Origin: an uncultured archaeon
GTDB lineage: Archaea > Iainarchaeota > Iainarchaeia > Iainarchaeales > GCA-2688035
Direction of reading: 5' to 3'
Assembly: GCA_964354805.1 (NCBI GenBank)
Contig: CAYHBD010000035.1
Location: 1 to 64,000, forward strand
Length of the DNA stretch: 64,000 bases
Shown here: in pieces, positions 49,801 through 58,300 of the stretch
Position numbering within the stretch: position 1 is the first letter of the stretch
Layout of the letters: every line of letters starts with the position of its first letter
The notes under the pieces: model-generated
What the model saw: only the letters and a program-made list of their open reading frames with translations
The model's database searches: none
What the model was told of the DNA's origin: nothing
Made by a program: the position numbers and the translations under genes

Positions 49801-51982
49801 CATTGAGAAACAGCAATGTGATGAAAAAGACAAAGGCGGAAAAGACACCTTCTGCGATGCTGTCCAGTTTAGCATTGAGCTGAACAGGAAGGCAATTGAC
49901 ATTAAAGACTTTTTTGCTAACAGAGTTAAATTTGAGACAGCAAACAAAGAGAACATTAAAGCTGCCTTGTGCGAGGAAGGCGCTGCTGACAGCTGTTTGG
50001 ATATGTACAGAAACTCAAAGGAATTGTTCAGGTGGGTGAAGAAGCAGGTTGTGGTAAAAGACAATGTTGACGCGCAAGCCCAAAATTGGGTGAACGAAGA
50101 TGCTTCCATTGCAAACGTGTTCTTTTTGAAGGCAGACAATGAAATTTTGGAAAGCGAAAACAAAGAAAGCATTAAAGCAAAACTTAGCGGAGTTAAACCC
50201 TCAACAGATGCTGGCGTTACGACCGATAATATGGCTATAATTGTGGAGAAAACAAACGATGCCCTTAATTCAATTACTGATGAAATTGACCAAAGAAGAA
50301 TAGTTGCGCTTATTAAAAAGGAGTTCGCTGAAAAGCCGGAATACGCCGGAAATATTGAAATGATGAAAATAGAAAAACCAACGCAAGCAACCGGCGCGCT
50401 GTTTAACAAGTATGTTATGACATTTAGGGAGTACAAGGTATTGCACCAGAAGCTGTGGGATGCCCTCAGAGGCGAAAGCCCTACTGATCATTGCTATAAA
50501 GATGAAGCGAAAACACAAGTGATTGCAAAAGGCGACGAACAAGGCAGGAAAGAGGCAAAAATTTGCGTAATCGGAACAAGAGATGTAAACCTCAATTTCG
50601 TAAAAGATTTGGTTAGTGGAATTGATAAGTTTGTTGTAGGTACGATTCACTTAGCAGACGAAAAAAAGAAAGACAGCGTTGACTTCGTGATTAAAAACGC
50701 AGCGGACATCGCTGGTTTGCAGTGGCCAACAGGTTACAGCAGCTTCGCTGATTTCTACAACAAGGCAATCAGCTTCAAATCATTCCTGATAAAGGACGGC
50801 TACAGCCCGGATTTGCGCTCAGACTTTGTGCAATACTATAAGGACACGCTAAAGGTTGATGAAGCAGGGCGCTTCCTTGACCACACGGCTTTCGGCAATG
50901 AAACACAGTGGGCATTCGGCAAAAGCAGCAAACAAGAGTCATCTTACCTCCTGCCGGAAGCAGGCCTGTACAATGTTTTAATAAATTACGTTTTCGCTGA
51001 AAATACGGAAACGCCTTGGAATATTGCGCTTGATTTGAACAAGAGTCTGAAGCAACTGGATGAATTGTCAAAAGACCCAAACAAGACTGCCCTTGCCAGC
51101 AATTTCTTCTTTGAGATGCCGTTTGACGGGGAAGTCGGCAGCGCTGGCACTGATAACACAAGAACAGGCTATGGAATCGCCTTTTCAAACAGCCCGGACC
51201 AGGCACAGATGTATTTGACTTTCAATTCAGAGCAGGATAAAATGAATTTGTTCAACAGCAAAGGCGGCATTTTGCCACTTACAGTTGATTTCGGCAACAC
51301 GCTTGACAAAACAAATACTGGTCTGATTTTGCAGGCAAACAGCAAGGCATTCAATTACAATCCATCTGCTGCAACCCCAATAGAGATTGGGTTAAGCCCG
51401 AGAACAGGAACAGGCATTGAAGGAATGCTGTATAAAATAGTGGAAGACGGCACAGAATTGGGCACCCCTGCTTCAGTGTTTTCATTCAGGGCACAGGGCT
51501 TGAATGACTTCGCTGACAACCAGCCTTATCCGCTTGCAACAGCAAGAAACCTGTGCTATGAAATTGACAGGGCAGACATGCAGGGATTCCAGCAGCAAAT
51601 TGCAAACAAAACAACCTTCAAGGGAATTGCATTTGTTCCGTTCGGAAAAGAGTATGTAATGCGCTTCTATTGCAGCCAGGGAGCAGCGACTGTAAAGTCG
51701 GAAAACAATGATGGAGAAACAATAATTGTTGACGCAGGGTTCAGGAATGGACAGCTGGCTGTCACGCTAAACAGACCAAGTGCAACAAATACAAATAAAG
51801 TAACTTTGCCAAGCTTCCTTGACGAAATCAATAAAAGCAATGTGTGCGTTAAAACAACCGACGCAGGCATTGAACTGCGCTGGAACAATGACAAAATGCT
51901 TGGGGCAGCGCAAACTGCGGCAGCACCAACACCGCCAGCTGGTACACCACCAGGCGGGTCGCCAAGCGGGGCAAGAAGGTAA
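43892..51982 (+). CDS. Giant N-terminally anchored surface protein, paralog 2 (~2700 aa)
   Basis: YFALEDKYY...PSF and TM helix; Ig-like repeats; GIHFRTG/YRAW/RFPADSAL/ALYA; IGLGGEVDD; FCDAVQFSI; PFDG...GYGI; Gly/Tyr-rich inserts. Start probably ATG 43892. Confidence 0.92.
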   Translation: MGAMDGLRNAYFALEDKYYGLIDWLGSKGIPLNRVVDAIEKHNIPSFPIMLILLILIIAGLFFLLSGAIAPQATFSIIVKEADTGLGVESADITLIDAAGAKHNKATGADGKATISAAAGEASVSVEKTGFTKFDGKITVAEAKEETVELEKETTTLTKTIQLMKAGTNELIDKTVSIRFSCSSPAASDFSATEESVNGEIELQIPSNCGNLLATPVAGYTAVNGTIDASATAPQLFLQAIALNSGTIRVNVKDASNAALSGLTVMAYTEDAVLSGTTYSSAAGTALFENIETGTYYILVHDSQGRYADFDSSQLGTAGLKELQKDGTITFDAVLQLASVGKIKMVVKDAGSKEGVENAAIYLKKNNATIDTVYTDAGGAAEFNVTENVAYSLEVDAAGYLIATVSNVTSAATAKEIFLQAATADNTQTLIVEVVDSRQKPIDNVRLLLKKPDGTIYANDKVTGADGKAEFTNLPLGTYYIYAAKKGFEGKTSDPFTIKARQENKLTVELPIGWGSVEISVLSDEATAVQGAIVEAINAVTGEKEGEGITGLDGKYTFSLRADKKVYFKIDAADFLPYYSIAVMSDPNSTLAVDVALAKDPGQLQVKVIGFFKDGEKAPENLELGPGQKYTAKLLLLVAKKEKFDEAGIHFRTGEALEEKTNIMEEDAVFIKEVSASTANVLRGTSFTPPTGYAIDAGYLTTGDSKWLNIVWKNAGPGAYAAEVEVQVKESAALGQMLPMWYRAWGKAATFSRFPADSALAGSESTAEKQALYAKANSIKASVGPTNLCNDAFCKTFSIEDMAKNIRLSVVQQYNATIGGGYKLFYTISSISEQAFTNCTIEFGSQADGVRFGNYSITDAAGVKSSGNANGYGISNPIGNMQKDSVIFGSVEFKAEKEGSNILTIVIKSNNQPVLSESIDVKVAAAAELQLDLIPKEIIPLIDNQLLVKASDSNGQGVSNAIVSIYLNDTLLTATESNGQGIVEYKLEAPATGSTLLIKAEKTGYRKALLSTTIDSSILIVTPPSISEKLDALLNSVEKELLLSNQTIAELTITKLKFNFGEQQLVKFTWDDEYIGQKIKSNNDLNAYLSIALTEKGMAVEKPVKLEGSLAIHLKSGSTAASFVQNLPITIRIGLGGEVDDLKCLQIDPVKWEIIADSETKQSMEFTLTNKCVVQGEAIALHALQAKITETKESGLGTFTISSEALPDAKTPTLGSSGFSDFADILPKEFEGTIKIEFSPNRSVDSGTAKLSIEFKAINSAEKGEEAIQLKLPTEVHVSSLSKCVVVEAETPILVETVPFNQGYGLYSGGTSGYNPLMNQGMGGYLGSSYGGMGGYGGTGYGGVGGYGSTGYGSTGYGSYGTSAGYGAGGYLGGSTFPNAGFDTSYYSRYYDQAQDNSWRYGLGESSFLVKNTCSNAVEIDLDVPAMLRADKDAFSLEPNTDKTVKLEAGYRMGKYTIDVSAKLQGSEDKAQKIDSVDVLVRRSGEIDDECIQLSTDQISLSSFIAKPIPAKIFNYCYDVGIRLPKAGKVIDFTCQVPGQPVNVFNFAPASEEQGKVIQLQQFPDIMTQPSGFINQAPIGTAISPTTGQPYSPNEQMLPNGTYGTSYYQQGLAGQGYSYPYSQYPYGSSGWAYPQTYGYGGSCPLIQDVYFVSEHTSALDEETGRTLQTVEFEVSPNIEYRKQICQYAAQMPFETSYGLRATASSAYNRANVRASASVHYYNQFGGSDIKYFRVVLNDQWGYGETIDECLRQAGKVGIPGELLAKCKERGSATLKDPKDCVNSSALDLVSYFSGNNGFVEQSLFGGGSVAQFTPSRDVLVIPPCGGQDSVEIVNASYTDPKSNVTLYFKAIPNDCPPGTPLEKSNWSIAVTIDKTNMYNVQCAKIDTAIRVNLKRPTQWAKPVEVMLPVKAMVLHPGEKASEVNLATCTTAVPVVTPTVITACTGGSETGSGVFTKYGFDRLLFNWGWSGIEKQQCDEKDKGGKDTFCDAVQFSIELNRKAIDIKDFFANRVKFETANKENIKAALCEEGAADSCLDMYRNSKELFRWVKKQVVVKDNVDAQAQNWVNEDASIANVFFLKADNEILESENKESIKAKLSGVKPSTDAGVTTDNMAIIVEKTNDALNSITDEIDQRRIVALIKKEFAEKPEYAGNIEMMKIEKPTQATGALFNKYVMTFREYKVLHQKLWDALRGESPTDHCYKDEAKTQVIAKGDEQGRKEAKICVIGTRDVNLNFVKDLVSGIDKFVVGTIHLADEKKKDSVDFVIKNAADIAGLQWPTGYSSFADFYNKAISFKSFLIKDGYSPDLRSDFVQYYKDTLKVDEAGRFLDHTAFGNETQWAFGKSSKQESSYLLPEAGLYNVLINYVFAENTETPWNIALDLNKSLKQLDELSKDPNKTALASNFFFEMPFDGEVGSAGTDNTRTGYGIAFSNSPDQAQMYLTFNSEQDKMNLFNSKGGILPLTVDFGNTLDKTNTGLILQANSKAFNYNPSAATPIEIGLSPRTGTGIEGMLYKIVEDGTELGTPASVFSFRAQGLNDFADNQPYPLATARNLCYEIDRADMQGFQQQIANKTTFKGIAFVPFGKEYVMRFYCSQGAATVKSENNDGETIIVDAGFRNGQLAVTLNRPSATNTNKVTLPSFLDEINKSNVCVKTTDAGIELRWNNDKMLGAAQTAAAPTPPAGTPPGGSPSGARR

Positions 51983-52306
51983 TCGACTTTTTTATTCCAT
52001 AATTTTTTGTTTTTCCATTAATTCTAATTTTTTCAGGCTTATTGCAAAGCCTTTTGCACTACGGTGCAAAAGCCTTGGGAAAAGAGTTTTGCTCCGCAAA
52101 ACAAAGCCTTTTTTGCTGTTACAAAGCCTTTTTGCCCAGCAAAAAGGCTGGGGAAAAGCATTAATATAGCAATAAATATTATTAATAGCAAAAAATGCTG
52201 CTTTGCATAATTTATGCCTGGAACAGCATAATTTAATAACACCGAAAAATATAATTAATTAATGAGACATAATTAATACGGCAAATTACTGGAAAAGGGA
52301 ATCGCT

Positions 52307-55300
52307 ATGGCGCTGGAAGGATTGAAAAACGCTTATTTCAAGGCAGAAGACAAATGGTATGCTGCAACTGAAAGAATAGGCTTAAGCGGCCTTGTTGACA
52401 GGATTGACAAGGTGGTGCCCAGCTTTGCCCTGTTTTTGTTTATTGTTGTTGTGCTGTTGATTGCCGGATTTTTCATGCTGCCTGGCATTATGCCAAGCGG
52501 CGCTGTTTTTTCATTCAAGGCTATTGACGAGGATGGTGCTGCAATAAGCAATGTCACAGTCACTGTTTTAGCTGCTGACGGAACGCAGCTTGCAAGCGAA
52601 AAAACAGGCCCCAGCGGTGAAACAAAGCAGATAACGCTGCCAATTGGAAAAGAGATTGAAATAAAAGCAGAGAAAGAAGGATGGCAGCAATTCAAAAAAA
52701 CCATCACTGTAAGCACGTCAATGCTGCCATACGAAATTACGCTGGCATCAGCCGAAGAGGTAACATACACTATTTCCTTAAAAGACAGCCTGGGCCAGCC
52801 GGTAAGAGAGGCTGTTACATTAACATTCCAATGCAGGAACAGCGCAATACAGCCCTGGAGCGAAACAGTGTCAAGCGGCAGCACAACAGTGACAGAGCCA
52901 GCAAACTGCAATGGTCTGGTTGCAAGCGTTACAAGCAGCAACTTTCAGCCTGTTGAATCAGTGAGCATAACACAGCAAAACCAGAGCATTTTCCTGCTGG
53001 CTATAACAGGGGACAAGGCAACAATAAATGTTGAACTGCTTTTCAACGGCCAGATGGTAAGCGAGGCTGTAAGTGTTCATTTGTTTAAAGACAATGGGAC
53101 AGATGCAGGCATTGGTCCTGTTGAAACAGCAGTTAGCGAAAACGGCAGGGCCGTGTTTTTGGCTGATGCTGGAAAATACTTTGTCAAAAGCAGCAGCTAT
53201 GGCAGCTTTGCCGCAACAAAATCGCAGGCTTTTACAATTGCAGCTGGAGGGCAGCAGACAGTGCAATTGCCATTGCAAAAAAACATTGTTGGCACAATCA
53301 GGCTGAGCATAATTGATGAAAAAACAGGCAAAGCTGTTGGCGATGCAACGGTCTTCCTCAGGCTTGGCAGCGAGGAAATTGACTCAAAGGAAACAAGCCT
53401 GGACAACAATGCATTGGTCGAGTTTCCGGTTACGCAAGACACAACTTATACGGCTGTAGTTGACCACGGCAAATACTGCCTTAAAGTTTTGAATGATGTG
53501 AAAATTGAAGGAATCACAAGGCAGGTGAAATTGAAGCCGTTTACAGCAGAATGCGGCGGCACCTTAAAGGTAAAGGTCCTTGACCAGGATGGAAGGCTTG
53601 TCAAGGGGGCAACAGTTGGATTGTATACAGAAGAGGGCTTCAGCGCTGGTTTTACAACAAAAACAACTGATTTGAACGGAATTGCCTCTTTTGAAAGAGT
53701 GCCAAGCGGAACTTATAAGGCGTTTGCATTCAAGGGAACAGTTGGCAACTGGAGCGAGCCTGCCAATTTCGTCCAAAGAACAGCCGAGAAAACAATCCTT
53801 ACAGTTGTTTTAAACGTTGCAAACGGAACACTTAGCGTAAAGGTTGTTGACGATGAGGGAACGCCGCTGCAATTCGCGCATGTTACTTTTGTTGACGCAA
53901 TAACAAACGAGCCGACCTGTGATAAATTAAAAGAGCCGACCTGCACAGGGACAATGATTGTTGAAGACATAAACGGCATAGTTGAACTGGCTACAAGGGC
54001 TGACAAAAAAGTTTACATTGTTGCAACCAAAGACGGCTATGCAAACTTTACCTCAATCGCGAAACCGGTGCTGCCTGAAGGAACGCAGCAATTTACAGCC
54101 ATTCTGCCCAAAAAAATAATCCAGGGAGAAGTGCAGATAGAGTTGAAGGGAATTTTTAAGAACGGCAAGAGCATAAGCGTGCTTGCCCCAGGCGAAAAAT
54201 ACGATGCCCTGTTCAATGTAAGGATTCCGGCAAACAAAGGATATGACAGAATTGGAATGCATGTAAGGACAGGCACCCACAATGCAATGGAACTGGACAA
54301 AATCGTTTTAAAAGAAATAAATGTGGGCGGCAAAACCGCAATTATTATGGCAACAACATACAGCCAAACAGAAGGCTATGCCATTGACAGCCAGCATTTG
54401 AGCACGGACGAAGGAAAATGGGCAAACATTGAATGGCTTGAAAACACCACCGGTATAATTGAGGTTGCCGCAACAGTAAGGGTGAAGGAAACAGCAACAA
54501 GCGAAGACGAATTGCTGCTTTTTTACAGAACATGGGGCATTGCCAACAGCGCATACAAAAGAGACCCGCTTGACAATGATTTGGGCGAAGCCGAAAGCAT
54601 TGCAGGAAAAGACGCTTTGTATGCAAACGCAAAGCAAAACACTTTCCAGGTCGGGGCGGAAAGCCAGTGCGATGAATTGTTCTGCTTCAGCGCAAACATC
54701 CTAGATGTTGCGGAAAACTTGACAACAAGCGCAACAGATTCATTCAATGCAAAGGCATTCAAGGCATACAAGCTTGGCTTTACTGTTTTAAACAACAGCA
54801 AGCACGAAACAGACACATACATTGATGCTGAGTTAAAGATAGCAAACGAGGATGAAATGCTGCTCATGCAGGACTACAAAATTTACGGCGCCCAAAGCCA
54901 GATGGTTGAAGGCATGACAGAAGGCGCTTCCACTGAATGGGTTGAGGTCGGAAATATTCAGCTTAACAACACGGTTAACGGAACCTTGAACTTCACGCCG
55001 CAAAAATCAGGCAGCGCGCTGCTGTCAGTCCAGATAAGAAGCGGAAACATGATTAGGTTTGACAAAAAAATTGCAATAAACATTGCGGCGGAAAAAGAAA
55101 TGAACGTTGTCATTGCGCCTGAAACCCTGCCGAGCGGAATGGAAACAGACTTGACAGTTACGGCAAAAGACAAGAAAACAGGCGCTGAAATAAATGAAGC
55201 CCTGGTAAAAGTCAAGGACAGGTTTGGCACAGTTGTTGTGCATAAATTTACGAACAGGATGGGCATTGCAGTGCTGCGGTTGCCCCAGCTGCAGCCTGGT

Positions 55301-58300
55301 GAAATAGTGCAGCTGATTGTTGGAAAGCCGAACTATGTTACGTTTGAAAAGGCACTGCAGGTTGACAGCAAGGTCATTGCAGTAAAGCCTGCAACAATCG
55401 GTGTTGCCCTGAACCCAAAAACAAAGGTTGAAGCAGATTCAGCTTTCGACATTGAAAACAAAACAGCGTTTGATTTGCAGATAAAGGGCATTAGATTAAG
55501 CGGAAAAACATTAGGCCTGATTGACGTTGAAAAAGTGAACAACTGGCTGTTTGGGTATGTTAATGAAACAATCAAATCAGATGAAATCAAGGACCTGCAC
55601 TTGAAAACAATGCTAAGCGAAAAAGGAAAGAAAACAAGCCAGAGCCAGCAGATTGAAGCAACGCTTGACATAACTGTTGCAGCAGGCGGCAGCGAATGGG
55701 AGCAGCAGGTGCCGGTGAAAATAAGCATTGGCTTGGGCGGAGAAACAGACGACCCAGGCTGCTTCACTGTTACAAGAAAAGAATGGAAAGGCAGCACTGA
55801 AGGAAACCCGATTGAAATAGAATTCGAACTGCAGAACAACTGCAGCATTGAGGGCGCTCCTGTTGCATTGAAAAACATTTCCGGAAGAATTGAATGGCAC
55901 TCAAACCAAGCAGGAACATTCAGCGTTAGAACTGAAAACAGCGCAATGGAGATAAGAAGCGGCTACAACAAGCAGTTCCTTGCAACAATTGAAAAAGAGC
56001 AGAGCATCAGCGTTGTGCTGCAATTCACTCCGGATGCAGGCGTGAACGGAAAAGGTATTGCGGACATTGTTTTCCAGGCGGAAAACCCTACTGACACAAC
56101 AACACAGGAACTTACGGACAAAATTGCCGCTGAAATCACAGTAGTGAACCTTGTTGACTGCATTGCATTCAGCAAAGACGTAATTGTGATAAAGCCGGAG
56201 AAAACAGATTCATTTGACATTGAGACAATAAACTGCGGCCCTGTGAACGAAATAAGGCTTGAATCAGACCTTACAGTAAGCACCTCAAACTTTAAGCTTG
56301 GCAGCAAGGAAAGCAAAAAAATTGAAGTGCTGGCAGAAAAAAACATTCCCGGCCAATACCCAATAAAAGTGTTTGCCAAAGGAACAGACCAGGTGCAGTT
56401 CAAATTAATCAAAACAATCAGGGCAAGAATCCTGAGCGATAAATGCTTTGAGCTTTCACGCTATGAATTCGATGTATTCGACAACCCTGACAACCCATAC
56501 GACGGCTATGACACAGCAGAATTAATCAACAACTGCTACGACAAGCAACTGCAAATAACAGTGAAATACGATGAAAAGGACTTAATGGAAGCAGCCAAAA
56601 CAGGTGCTCTTGTCGGCTTGGGAATGGGACTGCTCGGCGGGCTTTTAGGCGGCCAGACAGATGCAGCAACCGCCCAAACAGCAGCGACAGGGGCAGCAAC
56701 AGCTGCTGCGCCAGTTAGCCCTAGCACTGGAGGTGCAGCAACAGGGGGAACAAGGGTAATAGGCAGCGGAGGAACAACAGCAATGCCAGCGGGGGCACCA
56801 GCAACAGGAGCAACAGGCGGAGCAGCGGTGGCAGGAACAACAGCCGCTAGCGGAACTAGGGTAATATCACCTAGTCAGGTAACATATGATCTAAGCGGTG
56901 GCGGAACGGCAACAGGAACATATATTACTGTCAATGGGCAATCCCAGTTAATTGATGGATATGGAAATAAAGTTGCAGTTTACACAGAACAGCCAAAAGG
57001 CGTCCTCGATTACCTACAGGTCTGGAACTGGGGCCAGCCAAAAATGGGCTGGGAAGCTGTGCCAAGTTATAGTGTAAACAATTCTACAACAGGCATAGAT
57101 AGAGCAAACCCGGCACCCAGCGCTGCAATCACATCTTCGCCAACTGGCTTTGCTTCAATGTTTGGAGGAGATAGCGGCGGCTTAGGCGGCGGTCTGTTAG
57201 GCAATCTTGTTATGGGGGCAGGCTCGGCAATTCTTGGAAAGCCCTCTTTTGCCGGCTGGGGAATTCAGGGATTCATGATTGGAACTTTGATGGCTTACAA
57301 CAACCAGGAAAGCGGCACTTTCACTTTCCCAACAATCCAAAAGGATGTTATCTTTAAGGGCATTCAGCTGCTGATGCCAGGTGCAACATTGGAAGAGAAC
57401 AAACTGGTTGAAACGCCTTCAACCGATATTATTGCAAGGGATTTGGAAGAAACAAGCACTGAGCCAAAGCCTGAAGACAAGCGCTTGAGCACTGAGATCA
57501 GGAAAATCGGTTTCCTGAATACTACCGGTGTGGTGCAGCCTGATCCAGCAACGCCCTTGTTCAGGGTTCTCAAGGTTGATGCAGAGAGAGTGGAGTACCA
57601 AACAGAATATGATACAAAAGAAAACAAGACCCCAAAAATCAAAGTGAAGGAAAGGAAAGAGAACAAGGAAAGATTCAGGCTGCAGTTCAATTCTTTCAAT
57701 CCATTGCTTGTTGAGCCTGAAATGAGGCCGATTCCGAACTGCAAGCTTGGCACTGTTGTTGGAGTAACTGGACCGAGCGCTGTTCCAAAGGTTTCATTCA
57801 ACTGGGACTGGGGCAGCATTGCAGAAGATGCATGCGTTGAGGGAAATCCGAATTACGTTTACTGCGATGCAACGCAGTTCAGCATTGTTGTTTTGAAGAA
57901 GCTGCAGCGCCTGCAGCAGTTCATCGAAGAGCAAAAGCCCTTTGACTGCCCCACAGCCGCGACGGCAGGCGCGGTTAAAGAGCAGCCCTTGCTTGGAACG
58001 GCATACGATGTTGCAATAACAAAAGTGCAGGCAAACAAAGCCGGCACAGAAGATGCTAACATTGTTGTTTCAATTGAAAGCAATAACGGCGTAAGGATGG
58101 ATGCCGAATTGAGGATTGATTTGAGCAATGCAGCAACAGGCGAGCTGGCGAAAAGCTGCACCAGGGTTTTGAGTGTTTTGAGCAAAACAATTGAAAACTG
58201 CGAATTCAAGAACCTGGGCGAAGGGCAGTATAAAGTGAGGGCAAGCGTTAGCGCAACATTATGCCCGACATGCGAAAACAGCAGCCCGGAAAACGATTCA

